Assembly (NCBI GenBank): GCA_010093745.1 | Contig: MU006021.1 | Location: 1-64,000, forward strand | Length of the DNA: 64,000 nucleotides | Direction of reading: 5' to 3' | From: Piedraia hortae CBS 480.64 | Taxonomy: Eukaryota | Shown here: positions 1-13,389 of the stretch, in pieces | Numbering within the stretch: position 1 is the first letter of the stretch | Layout of the letters: every line of letters begins with the position of its first letter | Program-made: the position numbers and the translations under genes | Notes under the pieces: generated by a model | Seen by the model: only the letters and a program-made list of their open reading frames with translations | Databases searched by the model: none | Told to the model about the DNA's origin: nothing

Positions 1-1201
1 AATAATGCGCGTAATATACCGCATATTCACAACACCGTCTGTTTCGGCCCGACCCGCAAAGCTCGGCGCTCTACGAACAAATGACATCGTACATCTCCTG
101 CGGAGTCTAGGTGCATCTCTCAAGGCATAGGGGTTTTGTTTAAAGCTTCCTAACTGAAATATGCTATTTGTGAAGACTAAAGTAGATGCCTTGTCACGCG
201 CGCTGGTGACGTGATCGTTCAAGGCAGTCTTATGACAAGGTCCAAACGCAAATCATCATCTTAATCACAGGCACGATTTTTTTAGGTCTAGAGCAAAATA
301 CCAGTCTTACACTGTGCGCCGAAAGCCGGTTGTAATGTGAAGAGTTCCAGCTTTCACCCTACAGTGCACTCCCGTTGGCACATATGTGCTTGGCGACTGG
401 TAAAAGGAGTTGAATAGTAGAAGCACAGCTGGAAAGTAATCAGACAGTTCCTAATGATAGCTGATTATGAGTTGCGCACTGCTGAGATCTGACATTCGCG
501 AATATTTCGATCACGGTTAGGAGCCTTGTGACAATGGAGTAGCAGCTATGTTCGAGCCGTGAGGTTGCCTTCTCATGCTGTGAAATGCAAAGACCCAGAC
601 ACAAATGTAAATTTTGGCGGCTTCAGACGAGTGTATGATATCTGTGAATCTGATTCGGCTCACATACGCAAGAAACCTCCGTGCCTAAACTTTGTTTAAC
701 ATTGATTGATTCAATCGCAAAAGCATTGATCGGTGGGAGTTATTATCGCGAGATGAGGACGGAGACTATAGCGCTGCTGGTATTCTAACAGCAAAACTGT
801 CCCGCACTTGGCTAATCGGGCATCAATACGGGAAATTGATGTTGCAGGTTGTTTTTGTTAGGAATCGAATCGGCTTAGTGTAGCGCGTGCTTGTGCTTAG
901 AATATTTGGGTCATACGCTTCTGTTAGGTGTTTCTAGTCTAAAGGTGGCTCTCAGATAAACTTAACGGAAACGAGACTGAGATGTCTTCCTATAACGATG
1001 TCTAGCTACGATAACTTTTTCCCGCCAACGTGACGTATCAGCGGCATGGGCCGTTCCGCCTACCGACTCCAACGCTATAATTGTGTCTTTAGGTTAGCCA
1101 GGGTGACGATACTAGCAACGTTACCGCGATGACCTAAATGCTGGCGAGAGAAGTTGTCTTGTTCAGCATATCGATTGATGGTCTGGGGAAATCAGTAAGC
1201 A

Positions 1202-1344
1202 TGTTCCAATAAGCAGTGGCACCTCACAGGTGTGTCAGTATACACGCGTATCTAGAGCTACACAAGAAAATTTCTGAGTACTCGAACCCTGGTCAGGGTT
1301 GCGGGTCATCACCTGCGGATCGCTTCGTGGCGACCTGCACAACA
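1202..1344 (+). mobile_element. Solo LTR, family A (143 bp), 5-bp TSD AAGCA
   Basis: TGTT...AACA termini; AAGCA on both sides (1197-1201, 1345-1349); close copies at 40437 (+) and 54632 (-). Confidence 0.85.
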
Positions 1345-1699
1345 AAGCATGCGTAAAGCTGACTGTGTGGATCCGGCAGTCCAGTTTTAGGCCCTTGATT
1401 GTGAAAGACGGGCGAAAGTGGAGACGGTGCGCAGTGTTTGAGCCTCTAGCCCTCGTGTAAGACCAAAATCAGTTCGAAGCCATGTCGCGCACGAGTTTAC
1501 GAAGACAAGAGTCAATACGTTTGCCTATAAAGGTGTCTAATACAACATTCACTCATAGAACAGATGCTGCTTTGCGGGGAGTTTTCACATCACGTGACTT
1601 AAACTTCCTCACGCGACGGCTGCCGCAGCAACGTCAATAAGCCCAATCCTTCTTACCATTGTGAAATGAAACTAGCAAAGTGAGACCTGTGCCAGATGA

Positions 1700-1890
1700 G
1701 GTAGATCGATGGTAGTTAGAACGCCCGAGGCTTCGCAGGGTGTTCTGCCTCATAGAGGAGTTTTCCCCTGTGACGAGGTCACGTCATCGCATGGTCTCAG
1801 CAAATGCGGTCTGGCCAACTGTGGATCTGTGGAGGACGTTGCGTTAGATCTCAGCACGTAGAGACGTACACAGTTACACACACCTTTTGA
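1700..1890 (+). mobile_element. Diverged relative of LTR family D (boundaries approximate)
   Basis: cagggtgttctgcctcatagaggagttttcccctgtgacgaggtca and gcaaatgcggt align to internal blocks of 44231-44536. Confidence 0.5.
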
Positions 1891-1956
1891 CCCAGACTTC
1901 ACGTCTTATGATACGGAATAAGACAAGATGTGTGGCTGATTTTGCAGCGAGGGTTC

Positions 1957-2331
1957 TGTAGCGATAGGGCTCTCGTGGATGGGAGTGCGCAGCGGCCCGA
2001 ACTAAGAGGACGAAGCGATAGACGGAGATCGACAACAGGGACAGGACAGATGCAGATGGATATGAGTCAATACCAGTGTCGATATGACAATGTGAATGAC
2101 TATCTTTCTCAAAATGAGGGGACGTTCAGAATGAAAATTCTGTACCGATGGGCCGGTGACGTCACGTCGTACACTAACAGGGCGCATTCACCATGTTACA
2201 TATGACATGACCCTGAGGGAAAAACTCTGTGAGGGAAAAAACCTAGGGTGCAGCTGGTAGTGTAGGAGGTATCGCTGACTTGCTATGCAAGTGCCCCGCA
2301 TACGCGCTAGCGGTGATGCTTGAATCCAACA
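1957..2331 (-). mobile_element. Solo LTR, family C (375 bp), TSD GGTTC/GGCTC
   Basis: Reverse-complement match to 21950-22309; TG...CA termini; flanks match 4/5. Confidence 0.85.
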
Positions 2332-5300
2332 GGCTCAGCTGCAGGAGAGAATATAATAAGTGGTGGTAGGAAGTGAGAGGTCGAGGGACGAGATGGAAAA
2401 GTCACTGTGACTAACTCAGCCTATGCCGGGTACCACCTGACTCAATATCTCTTGGAGCAGAAAGCTAAATGTTACCTCGCGCGAGATGTTGAAAGCCCTG
2501 TTAGTTGTCGCTTGCGGATTGGTGTAACAATACACCTTATGACGTCAACAGAGTGCGAGACGAATTTTCTCCCACGAGTTGACCCTAATTGATCAGTTGA
2601 ACTATTGCCGGTTATATTCCATGAAAATGACGGATTCTACCCCGTGCACATTCCGTTCGCAGGCAGCGTCTTGTCCTTTAAAACAAATATATCTGGCATC
2701 TGTCAAATGGTCACTGGATTGTAGTTATCGAGAGAATGCCGCAAGAAAGCTTTCACAATGCATTAATCCAGCATTAACCTCTCTACATAGTTTCGCATGT
2801 ACACTGTCTCCTATAGTGCTCTCGCAACCAGTAGTCTAGGGATGCTTTAACTGCCCTGTGAGCAGCTATCAAGGCAGGCTATGTATAGAAGACTTGTGAT
2901 GGTTTAGCTCTGACGATGGCTTATATTCTCCTATGCTGGCCCCAGACAAATTTTCGTGTCCTTCTTGCATTGTCACGAGAAACCAAGCCACGGCCGTTTC
3001 GATGCATTTGGCGGCGGAAGCTCCAGCGGTGTCCCACGAATCAATCATGGCCTTCGACAGGAGAGGGCTTATACCACCGAATTGTCAGTTGCCGGCGAGA
3101 TTCCGCAATCATGGGCGCCTTTAAACTTTTTTTGCGAATTTGAAACGCGGGTGAGCAGTTTACTCATAGGTGCTGTAGGTGCTCACGCAGAAGATGCACT
3201 TTGCGAAAGTACCAAACGCTGAGAAAACCGCGTGGTAAATGTGTTCCCCATTTGGCGTACACCGCGATTTGACGAAAGATAACACCGAACATTGCACATT
3301 GGCGTTGTAAATCTTAGGATAACAGATTTCTATAGGATTAGGGCCCGAGCATGGTCAGTGCCCTATGAACTCCAAGCAGCCATTGCAGAAACCAAAGCTA
3401 ATTCCAAGAAGTAAGGCCTGTCGACTACGCGATGATCTTTGTAACGTTGTCGTCAATATTTGATAAGGAATCATCTCTTCAAGCATTCAGCAGCGGAGCA
3501 TGGTGCAGCGTGAAAGAACTGGCATTACCTCATCGGCTATTGCTCGACATGAGAAATCCAGGGTTCCTTTCCTCCATTTCTTCCCGATTTGAACCAAACA
3601 CCACAAAGAGGCTCGCAGCGTTCTGGAAACCTGTTTATAAGCTTGCACTCAGCAAGCTCTGTTTGGTTAAAGGTCGTATCGTGTACGGTGGCCAGAACAA
3701 CATGCAGATACACACCTCACGATGCCCTTTGCGTTAATACTATGTGAATGGATCCGCAGTGAGAACCCCCAAGGTTGGGCCAAAAAGGGATGAAAGAAAA
3801 ATCGTTTTGCTAGAATACCTACTATCTCGTAATGGGCTTGCTGTGTGGTGCATATCAATTATGGATGGCAGATTCAAACGAGATAGATACTTACCGGGAT
3901 AGAGACGTCCTCCAAGGGCAAAAGCGGCTGACGCAATCGTGCCTGCCATCGTTTAGTACGCGTAACACTTTGGAAGATTGTCCTAATTGTCCAAGAGGTA
4001 CTTCCCCCGCATAGAAAGTTGAAGCAGCCGCAATCTACGAGGTTGCATTCTACTTGTTAAGGATCGCAAGCACTACGTTGATCAGGTGCACGCCGCTGTT
4101 CGTTGTCAAATGCGGGAGACCCAAGAGGAATAAGCTCAAGTTAACCACAAGGGATCTCTACCATTCGAGCAATGTATCGACTTTATATGAAATGATCTAT
4201 TGAATGCTGTTTCATTATTTTTATGAGAGCCTTTACTCAGGGCAATCTTTATAGTGGTTGAACGAGTTCATGGCGTAAGACACCGACAACCTGACCAATG
4301 GGTTACAAAATACTGCTTGGGAATGGTTTGCACGATAGGTTTGCTTGAGCTGCTTTTCAAATCATTCGCCTCCCAATCCGCACTTTATCCTCTATTGCCG
4401 CAAAATCCGTTCACGACCTATAAAGGTGCCGATTCAACTGAAGTGCAACTGATGACCCAGAAGCATGAAGGCAATTTGAATCAATAGGTATAACCGCGCT
4501 GGCTATGATCCTGGGATATCCCGTCATATTAAGAAAAGGACATAATTGTAGATATCAAAGTCACTTAAGACACTCGGTGCATCATTGCAAGTTTAGCTAG
4601 AGAAGGATCGTTCGCAAGCGAAGATTGTTCGGAAGAAGAGCATCCCCTCTCTTAGGGAGAAGTGTCCGAGGCCGTCGCAAGCTGTCACTGATGGAGGAGT
4701 TTGACTCCTGGTTACAACATTCACTATGCCGAACAATTTAGTACGATTCAAAGGGGGCATTCGATCATTTTTAGAAAGAGCCATCATCCTTCATCTACAG
4801 AGCACATGGCTCGTTGCAAGGCTTGCCATTTTCGATAGCTCCTTCCCTTAGATGACTGCAGCTGCATCGACTAGATTCTAATTATACCTCTAGCTCCAGC
4901 AGTGACAGGATCCTCTTTAAGAATTGGGTTGCGCCAGCCACAGTAGGCCGAGCTCTGCGCGAGTCCCTGAAGTGTATTTTTGGAAAAACGCGGGGAAGGG
5001 GTCAAAAGAACCTCTACTGCCGATGAACAAGCCCACAACAGAACGCAGGCACGTTGACTAGGGGCTGTGGTGTTTAATTAATACCGTTGGTTCTGTCAAA
5101 TGAAGCGCGCTTCTGACTTGGTGCGGCGGTTGACAGCCCCGAGAGAGTGGCGCTGTCAGAAACGCGAGTCGGTCATTCTATTGATATCACAAGCCTGGGT
5201 CGGCACTTTGCAATAATTCTGGACTTGATTGAATATATGTTGCCTCTGTCTCCGCTTGCTTTTTCCTTTCAACAAGTCTTTGGCGGCTGCCGGTCATCAC

Positions 5301-5351
5301 CTTGAGCATTATACCACCGCCGACACAGCTCGATCTTCCTATCCAGGAAAC

Positions 5352-5981
5352 ATGAGTACAACTCCTGTCAAGGGCGCTACGACGCCGACACTTCTGTCCC
5401 ACATGCCCGCCTCTCCTACGTCGAATGTCAATCTCCTTATGAACCCCGAATCCGACCACGGCGAGGATAATCTCAAGAAGCTCGGCGGACTCGTGGACTC
5501 CACCTGGACGCCCAAGTCAGGTTGGAGCGGCCAAAGAACCCCACGCAACTGGAGAAATTCAATCTCAAGCGAAAAGCGACTCAGCAATGCAGGAGAACAG
5601 GTCGTCCAGAGTAGCAAGCCAGGTCTCCATTCTACAGCATCTCGAACATGGAGAGCTGTATCCCAGCCCGCGGCTTATGCTTGGGGAACCGTTCGAAGAG
5701 ATTCCGTGGTGCGGACTCCACAGACCAGACGAGACAGCACCAGGAGAGACAGCACCAGGCGTAGCTCGCAATGGACATCTCCTTCGCCCAAGGCCACCAG
5801 CCCTCCTCTTACAATAGCCGATCTTGAAGAGAAGTTTGGCAAACGCAAGCAATCTGCGGCGCACCCCAAGCCCGTGGTTGGATCGCCCCCATCAAATGGC
5901 GTGCTTACGTGGGCTAGCTTGGAGGCGAGGTTTGGAGGAAGGTGCAGTGTTTCAGGCTCCGGTGCAAAAGTTGGGATATAA
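5352..5981 (+). CDS. Hypothetical Ser/Thr/Arg-rich protein
   Basis: About 209 aa from MSTTPVK; repeated RRDS and LE(E/A)(K/R)FG motifs; no recognised domain. Confidence 0.55.
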   Translation: MSTTPVKGATTPTLLSHMPASPTSNVNLLMNPESDHGEDNLKKLGGLVDSTWTPKSGWSGQRTPRNWRNSISSEKRLSNAGEQVVQSSKPGLHSTASRTWRAVSQPAAYAWGTVRRDSVVRTPQTRRDSTRRDSTRRSSQWTSPSPKATSPPLTIADLEEKFGKRKQSAAHPKPVVGSPPSNGVLTWASLEARFGGRCSVSGSGAKVGI

Positions 5982-6508
5982 TTGAGGGAGAATGCATCTA
6001 CGGCGCATAGCGAAGCGACTTGTAACACAGATCTGAGCGATTTTTGTTTAGCATCTTGCTTGTTTCTGGTGGTCTATCTCTAGAGTTAATCATAAATACA
6101 AATACTATTGCTGGCAATTTTTCCATGCGCAGATTTTTGTGGCCAGCCATGTGGAGGTTAAAACATTTGATCTTTCACCTTAGACAGCGGGACAGTGACC
6201 TTCACTAGTCTTATTTGAGAGACGGATGGAACAGGGGACGTCTGAATTGTAACAAATTTTGAAACTGATGGAATCTTGGCGCACTTTAAGTTCATGCGTC
6301 TTTCTAGGACTTCTCACTGCACGATTTGCACAACCCCACCCATTCGCTTGCTGTAGCTCCAATGATAAACTTGGCACACATATAAAGTTAGATATTTCTT
6401 AGATGGCGGGGAATCTGGGAGCATGCAAACGGGAGCTCTAAAAGCCTGGAAACATGACTGCGCACAATTGTTCTCGTGAGATGTAAAATCCAGAGGCAAA
6501 AGCAACAA

Positions 6509-9500
6509 TTATATAACACTATACCTCCCCAACGTACCCTGCTGCGACAGCGCACCGCCCTCCAACGCAGCTAGCGTTCCCTCCCTCAACAAACGCGTCA
6601 ACTCGCTCATCGCACTGGTGACGACAACTTCAGTATCGCCTTCCACGAGAATATACAGCTTCGGCTGCTCTCCAGGTTGTGGTTCTTTCCCCGGCGCATA
6701 GTAATTTCCCTTTGTGGTGATGCTTGTGCCAGTAGATTCGAGGATCTTGGCAACGTTGGTCCTGTTGGTGACGGCCCAGCGGGCTTTTTGAGGGAAATCA
6801 TTGATTTCGAGTGTTGCGTGATATGCGCCTGCGTCGGGCCCGCGGTTGTCGATTGGCGCGCCTTGTCTTGTGGTGCCGCGCGAGCCAAGACGATTGTTGA
6901 TATTCGCTGCAGCGGCTGATACGCGTGCAAGGGCATCTCGGGGATTGGAGCCTTTGCCGGGGAGGGAAACCTTTTGGACTTTCATTGCGTTTGAGAGATG
7001 ACTTGCTAGGTCGGTGGGAAGGATACCGCCGGTGGAAGCAGACTCTTCAGGGACATGCTTGCCAGTAGCGCGTGCGACGAGTTCATCGACTTTGCTCTGG
7101 TTGATATCCTCTGTCTCGTCCTCTTCATCCGGCTCATCTCCATTCCTGTATTGTTTCCGCTCGCGCGCACGTTCAAGCTCCCGCGCAGCATCAAGCTTCT
7201 CAATGCCCTTTCCGCCAAAGCCGGAGCTGGTCTTCTTATAGCCACCAGATTTCTTGCGCTCTTCATAGGATTCCTTGAGCTTCTGCAGCTCTTCTGGGAC
7301 TTGCTGCTTGGACGTAGTGAAGGCGTTGATAAGAAAATCAGCAAAACGGTCCTGATCTGGAGTGACAAACGTAACAGCAGTACCAGTGTTCCCTGCACGA
7401 CCGGTGCGGCCAACGCGGTGCACGTAGTCTTCATAATGGTTGGGAGAGTCGTAATTGATGACCAATTTCAGCTGCTTTACATCCAAGCCTCTGGCAGCAA
7501 CAGAGGTTGCAACCATGACGGGGAAGATGCCCGCTTTGAAATCGCTAATGGCCTGGTCACGGTCAATTTGTTCCCTTCCGCCGTGGATGGGAACGGAGGG
7601 ATAGCCCTTGGCTGACAAATTCACGAACATCTTGTCCGCCGTTTCCTGCCTTTCGACAAATATCAAGCTTCTGGCATCTTCATCGACGCCGTGCAGGTCG
7701 CCCAGATACTTCAGCACTCGCGTCAGCTTGTCCTTGTCTTCGCACAACTCTATAATTTGTGTGATTTCGGCAGGAACGGTGCTCTTGCCGCCTACGGTAA
7801 CAGCTAGTGGATTCTTGAGCACTCGCTTGACAAGCCATTCCATCTTGTCTGGAAACGTAGCGGAAAAAAGGACGAGCTGCCGGTCCGGCCGAACATTATT
7901 GAGAATCCTGGTGATTTGCGGCTCGAAACCCATGTCGAACATTCTATCAGCCTCATCCAGTACCGCGTAGGTGACACGTTTAAGATTCGTAACACGACCG
8001 GAATTTGCAGCTAAGAGATCAATCATGCGGCCGGGAGTACAGACTACAATTTCGGCGCCACGTTTCAGCTCTGCAATCTGATCTTTTATTGGGGCACCAC
8101 CGTAGGCGCAGACAGCACGCAGATTAAGTGCTTTGAGATATGGCTTACACTCGCGATGGATCTGAGTAGCCAGTTCCCTAGTTGGCGCCAAGATGAGGCC
8201 AATGGGCCCGTCCAACTTTTCAAGAGGCCTCTGATCCTTGATGTGCCGGAACATTGGCAACAAGTACGCAACAGTCTTGCCCGAGCCGGTCTTGGCTATG
8301 CCCATGACATCGCGGCCGGACATGATTGCAGGCAGGGTCTGCGATTGGATGGGCGTCGGCTTCTCAAACTTGTTGTCACGGAGGACATCGAGAAGCTGCG
8401 CACCAAAGCCACCTTGTGACCATTTCAGGATCGGCTTAGGCGCGTTCTTGCCACGAAGGGTTATATTATCTAGGTCGGAAAGGAGTATGTCAAGGTCCTC
8501 CTGCGACATTTCTGCAAGCTCAGCAGGCTCGGTGTAGAACGCCTTGTGAAAAGGCTCATAATCAATCTTGGAGTGATCAACAACAGGAATCTCCTTCTTC
8601 TTCTTCTTCGTCGTCAGAGCCATGATTTCGTCGGTGTTGGTACCGACAGCATCCATGTTGTCCTCGTCATCGCTGTTGTAGACCTGCCTCGCTTTACCCG
8701 TGCTGCGTACAACGCCATCATCAGGTACTGCTAGACTGTTCATAAAAGCGTCAAGCGGATCATCCTCGTCCAAAGCCTCCGGAGCATCAGTCATCTGAAC
8801 ATTCGGTTCATCTTGCTGGGCCTCTTGGGCACGCCGCAAAGCCGACTCCCTTGCAGCTTCGGCTTCTTCCTCATCTGTCCGTAGTTCTTCTCCTACAATT
8901 TCCTCGTCCTCGTTCATTTCGCTATCTACAGCTGAAGTATTGACCTCGGGGAGGGCCGGCAGCTTTTCCAGCTTCCGTCTCACCACCTCGTCTTCCTCGA
9001 GCTTCGCCGTAGCCTTTGTCACGGGGACAGCGGCCTGTTTTGGCCCGCTAATCTTTCCAAGGCCAAACGAAGCCTTTGACTCTGGCCCAGTCAGTCGCGC
9101 CACTTGCGTGTGGCTTGAAAACTCACCGGTCACGCTACCGATTGGAGCAAGCTTGGGTGCGTTAGCCTCTATCCCGACTGTCGTTGCTTTCGCAGACCTG
9201 TTCTGGGTGGGAATGAAGACATCGCCTCCGAGCGTCCTGTTCTTATCAGCAGCCGACGGAGCGCGTTTGGCGATGGCTTTGGGGTCAAACTTGGCGAGGA
9301 CTGGGGCAGGAGATTGCGGCTCTTTGGCGGATGAAGGAGCAGGACTATCGTTCCCAGTCGTTAGCGGCAGAGCAGGGCTGGTTCCGGATTTGGCCTTTTT
9401 CTCTTCCATCTGCTTCTTCCAAGCTGCGACTCTAGCCAGTTTGGCCTTTCTCTCCTCCTCGGCTTTTCTCTCCTGCTCTTCTCTATTGGCTAGGCGCCTA

Positions 9501-9907
9501 CTGTCGTTTCTCTGCCTGGCCCTCGGGGAGTCCTCGCGAACCCGCTTGTCCCTGTGGTCATCACGCGATCTGTGGCCATGGCGGTCTCTTACGGGAGAAG
9601 CCTCGCGCGGCCTCTTCCGCTCCCTGTCGCCGTCTCTGTCCCTGCCATCTCGCTCCCTCACCCAGTCCCGATCACGGTCTCTTTCACGATCGCGGTCCCA
9701 ATGTCTTCTTGAGCGATCTTCTCGGTGGCTGTCGTAGCGGTTACGGGAGCGATCACGGCGGTGTCTGTCGCGATCATCCCATCGCTGTCCATGAGTCAGC
9801 TGGCCGGTTCTGCCGTGGCAGCGCTCGCTTACATCTCGGCCGTGAGAACGGTCAGGGTAGTGATCGCGCGGGCGACGGTCTTCTCTGCGGCTTGGTGAGC
9901 GGGCCAT
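6509..9907 (-). CDS. PRP5: Pre-mRNA-processing DEAD-box helicase Prp5/DDX46
   Basis: RD/RE-rich N-terminus, DPLDAFM motif, [30 protein letters not shown]-terminal [11 protein letters not shown]. Likely start MARSPSR at 9907; probable 45-nt intron 9082-9126. Confidence 0.96.
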   Translation of the reverse strand: MARSPSRREDRRPRDHYPDRSHGRDVSERCHGRTGQLTHGQRWDDRDRHRRDRSRNRYDSHREDRSRRHWDRDRERDRDRDWVRERDGRDRDGDRERKRPREASPVRDRHGHRSRDDHRDKRVREDSPRARQRNDSRRLANREEQERKAEEERKAKLARVAAWKKQMEEKKAKSGTSPALPLTTGNDSPAPSSAKEPQSPAPVLAKFDPKAIAKRAPSAADKNRTLGGDVFIPTQNRSAKATTVGIEANAPKLAPIGSVTGEFSSHTQVARLTGPESKASFGLGKISGPKQAAVPVTKATAKLEEDEVVRRKLEKLPALPEVNTSAVDSEMNEDEEIVGEELRTDEEEAEAARESALRRAQEAQQDEPNVQMTDAPEALDEDDPLDAFMNSLAVPDDGVVRSTGKARQVYNSDDEDNMDAVGTNTDEIMALTTKKKKKEIPVVDHSKIDYEPFHKAFYTEPAELAEMSQEDLDILLSDLDNITLRGKNAPKPILKWSQGGFGAQLLDVLRDNKFEKPTPIQSQTLPAIMSGRDVMGIAKTGSGKTVAYLLPMFRHIKDQRPLEKLDGPIGLILAPTRELATQIHRECKPYLKALNLRAVCAYGGAPIKDQIAELKRGAEIVVCTPGRMIDLLAANSGRVTNLKRVTYAVLDEADRMFDMGFEPQITRILNNVRPDRQLVLFSATFPDKMEWLVKRVLKNPLAVTVGGKSTVPAEITQIIELCEDKDKLTRVLKYLGDLHGVDEDARSLIFVERQETADKMFVNLSAKGYPSVPIHGGREQIDRDQAISDFKAGIFPVMVATSVAARGLDVKQLKLVINYDSPNHYEDYVHRVGRTGRAGNTGTAVTFVTPDQDRFADFLINAFTTSKQQVPEELQKLKESYEERKKSGGYKKTSSGFGGKGIEKLDAARELERARERKQYRNGDEPDEEDETEDINQSKVDELVARATGKHVPEESASTGGILPTDLASHLSNAMKVQKVSLPGKGSNPRDALARVSAAAANINNRLGSRGTTRQGAPIDNRGPDAGAYHATLEINDFPQKARWAVTNRTNVAKILESTGTSITTKGNYYAPGKEPQPGEQPKLYILVEGDTEVVVTSAMSELTRLLREGTLAALEGGALSQQGTLGRYSVI

Positions 9908-10148
9908 GGTTCGAGTGGCCGTTCGATAGCTTAGCCCTACAAGTGTTTGAGACACTCTTACAGCTGCTGGCCTCGCCGCTGAGCGATGGCGTTGACGAGT
10001 GACGTCTTGGACAGGCCAAATATCTTGTCCGTTACGTGCTGGCCAGAGGTCGCGGTGCAGACGCATGGACCAGCCACACGCTAGTCCCGCTTGTTTACGC
10101 GACGACCTCACTTCATCCGCCCACTGTCCACTCGAATCGTCAGCCACC

Positions 10149-11134
10149 ATGTCCGGGTTCCGGGCCATTGTCCACGCGTCGCTGCCTGGCCATCGTCTCC
10201 TCTTGCCACTGGCGACTGTCCTCCGTGCCGGTTACAGCTTCCAACCCCACCAGCTTGGCCGTTTCTATGCCACTGTGCGCAAGAAGGCGGTCGCCAAGAC
10301 TGAGACAGATTCGGCAGCTCCAGGTAAGCCAGCTACGAAGACCAAGGATGAAGCAAAGACGAAGATGAAGAAAACTACGAAAAAGTCAGATGGCCAGTCC
10401 AGGAAGAAGAGGACTACAAACAAGAAATCGGCGACAGGTGCAAAGCCGAAGAAGAGGAGAGTCAAGACTAAGAACTCTGGAACCAGGAAGAATAAGGGTA
10501 TTGGTAGCAGAATGTCACCGGAGAGGCTGGCGGAATACAAGGCTCAGCGCAAGGGCATCGAGCTCAAGAAACTGGCCTTGTCGCCTCCCACTCGCCCATA
10601 TTCGTTCAACTCCTACACCATGTTCATCAAGGAGAATTTTCAGAAGCTTCAAGCAGGCTTGGCCGACTCGGAGCCCAAGAGCAAAGTGTTCTCCAAGCTC
10701 GCCGAGCAGTGGAATAGCCTGTCCTCAGCCGAAGCTGGAGAGTATGAGACCTCAGCTGCCACTCATCGTGACAAGCTGGCGAGCGAGTACCAGGCCTGGG
10801 TGCACAAACACACGCCCGAGGAAATCGCAAAGGCGAACAATGCCCGCATGGCGCTTAGACGTCGTGCTGCAAAATCCCATGCCAAGCGCTTCGGGAAGTG
10901 GCCCAGGATTATCGACGACCGCCATGTCAAAAAACCCGCCACGGGCTACGCCCTGTTTGTCAAGGATCGCTTTGCCAGTGGAGATTTCAAAGATACCTCG
11001 TTCAAAGACGCCAGCCAGCAGATTGCCAAGGAATATCAGGCCTTGGATCAGGCAGCCAAGGATGTAAGTTTTTGTATAAATCACTATGAACTTTTGCTAA
11101 CTGTTAACAGGCCCTGAAGAAGCGGGTAGCATAG
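10149..11134 (+). CDS. Two-HMG-box protein, probably mitochondrial nucleoid protein
   Basis: Arg/Leu-rich presequence-like N-terminus, Lys-rich linker, HMG boxes ([28 protein letters not shown]); intron 11064-11110 (GTAAGT..CTAAC..CAG) then ALKKRVA*. Confidence 0.85.
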
Positions 11135-11288
11135 CCGCTTCACGCACGTTTTCTTTTTTGGAAGCCCCAGGTTTCTGCAGACCCGGCCACATGGTGTTTT
11201 TGACTTGTTAAACTGTATCATAGGTAAATTAAGCAGCTTGCGTGGACGTGCGTATGCTATTGTGACAAGTTCGATTTATCGTTTGATT

Positions 11289-12302
11289 TCAACAATCATG
11301 ATCCTCCAGCGGCATCGCAGTCATGGCCTCGTTGATGGTTTCCTTGATGAATTCGTTGAACCTGTTGAGCTGATCCGACTTGTCTTGGTGCAACTCTTCT
11401 CTCATGTGTCCCCAGTCATGGCCGGAGGTCGAGTTGTAACAAGGGGAATCCCAAACCTCGGAGCCCCAATAACAGTTTTGTGCGTGGCATTTCCATATAT
11501 TCGCCTCTGGACAGTCGGATAGGAGACATGGCGGTTCCATCGCCGGACAGACCTGATCTACGCAGGGCTCTGTAAGCTGCAGACAAGCAGAGTCGCAACA
11601 AGGTGCAGACACGCAAGGTGAGGCGCTGCGACAAGGTAGACGCACAGAGTCTGGACAGTGCGAGTCGAAGCAGGGCAACTCGCAATACGAACTTTCGGGT
11701 TCGATGCTGGGTGTGGGTTTGTGATATTCAGAGCTTCGAGCAGACAGGGTCGTAGCACTTATACGCCTTGCCCTTGATGCCCTCAAGCCTCTTCTGTGCG
11801 AAGCCTTGTGCTTTGACAGATTCGAACTGTCAGCAAAGGCCTTTCCGCATTCATCGCACACATAAGGCTTCATTCCACGGTGAACATTCATGTGGCTTGT
11901 CAAAGCAGTTCTCACCGCAAAACCCCTCGCACAAATGGAACAGACGTGAGACTTTGCCCTGGTATGGGTAGTCTCGTGGTTTTTGAGTTGTTCTTTGGTA
12001 ACAAACCCCCTATCGCAGCCCGGGGCAGAGCAGATATAGGGTTTGTGGCCGGTATGGCTGTGAATATGCCTTGTCAGCTTGGGCCTGCTGCCAAAGGAAA
12101 TGGCCTTCTCGCAGCCCAGCCAGCAGCATTGATGCGGTTGGCGGGCTACGTGTTCGGCAACTACATGCTGGTCCAGGGACTCGGCAGAAACAAAGTTGCA
12201 ACCGCATGTCTGACCGGCGACGGTCCACTGACAGCCATACCTTCCCCTGGCTGTCACCGTCATATCTGGCGTGCACCTTGTTCCTTTTCTAGCGCTGATC
12301 AT
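11289..12302 (-). CDS. C2H2 zinc-finger transcription factor with Cys-rich C-terminus
   Basis: Five tandem C2H2 fingers with HTGHKPY and HRGMKPY linkers; start codon uncertain. Confidence 0.88.
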   Translation of the reverse strand: MISARKGTRCTPDMTVTARGRYGCQWTVAGQTCGCNFVSAESLDQHVVAEHVARQPHQCCWLGCEKAISFGSRPKLTRHIHSHTGHKPYICSAPGCDRGFVTKEQLKNHETTHTRAKSHVCSICARGFAVRTALTSHMNVHRGMKPYVCDECGKAFADSSNLSKHKASHRRGLRASRARRISATTLSARSSEYHKPTPSIEPESSYCELPCFDSHCPDSVRLPCRSASPCVSAPCCDSACLQLTEPCVDQVCPAMEPPCLLSDCPEANIWKCHAQNCYWGSEVWDSPCYNSTSGHDWGHMREELHQDKSDQLNRFNEFIKETINEAMTAMPLEDHDC

Positions 12303-12600
12303 GTGACGTCAAACTGACCATCAAGGTGAGTTTTTCTTTCGCCGAAGATATTCCGTTCGATGACGCACGCCCAGCCCCCAAGTCACCCACGCACCACAGA
12401 CTTCACACTCCATTCATGTATTCACCATCTTCTGTCCTACCATCATGTGCCCCGTTATCAGCCACCTTTCTCCTACCAACTTGTGATCCGTTTCCCGTTC
12501 CAAATCTCTCCCACACATCATCAGCTGACTAATCACCCCACAAACACTCAGCCTTCGTCGAGTATTGCCTGATAGGCGCCTCTAATCTTTCTCCCAAAAA

Positions 12601-13071
12601 ATGGGCAACTGCTTTGGCAAAACCACAAACGAATCAGGCGGCGGAGCATTTCAAGGCCAAGGTCGAACCATCGGTCCCGCACCACAGCCTGCTGCCAGGC
12701 CAGCAACGAATTTAACCACAGCAGCACCAAATGCGACAAGACCCGCACATCCACTTTCAGGCGAAGCCCCCGGTCAAACCATGGGCACTACCAGTTCCTC
12801 TGCAGGAGAGGATCCTAGGGCTGCAGCTGCCCGCGCTGCCGAGGTATGATTCCACGTTTCAAAGTAATCATGCACGGCTATACATGATGTAGATGCTAAA
12901 GGCAGAATACAGGAACGAGCAGAAAAGGCTAAAAAGCAGCAAGGTAAGCTGGGCAGAGCATTGCAGGAGCAGAATTCGCTGTCCCAGGCGGGTTTGTTGC
13001 AGCAGAATGCAAGCAACAATCTGGGTCAAAGGGCAGCTGATCAAAAGGCGGCGTTGAGGAATTGGGATTAA
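12601..13071 (+). CDS. Small acylated SVIP-like protein (Cdc48/p97 adaptor), 2 exons
   Basis: MGNCFGK start; exons 12601-12843 and 12913-13071; spliced product carries RAAAARAAEER (VIM consensus Rx5AAx2R), then GKLG. Confidence 0.8.
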
Positions 13072-13389
13072 TGTGCAATATGGATGGTTATTTCTGGGTG
13101 TGATAATAGTTTGCCATTTCGTTTTGAACGTTTTTAAATTCTGGCTACGATTGACGCTGCACCTGTTTTGTCTCCCCTCATGTGCAGGTGCTGCTTGCTG
13201 TTCGACTGGCCCACAGCATGATGATAGATTTTCTTTTTTTTTTTTTTTTGGCACAGAACACTCAACGCCATCTATTCTCGAGAGACATTATATGGCACCG
13301 CCATGTACTTTTCACTATGTTAAACACCTGCCGGACCCGACAAACAAAAACTCCGCGTCAAGCTCCACAAACACCTTTCGCTATGTCCC

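Noticed and set aside
2400..4800. Fragmentary ORFs, perhaps a decayed gene or TE
   Set aside because: No motif I can assign with confidence.
9908..10168. N-terminal ORF extensions making PRP5 and the HMG gene overlap
   Set aside because: More plausible starts at 9907 and 10149 leave a short divergent promoter; the extensions look like chance open frames.
12366..12375. CACGCCCAGC as the partner TIR of the 28800 end
   Set aside because: Only 10 bp, inside a core-gene promoter, with no subterminal repeats or TSD.
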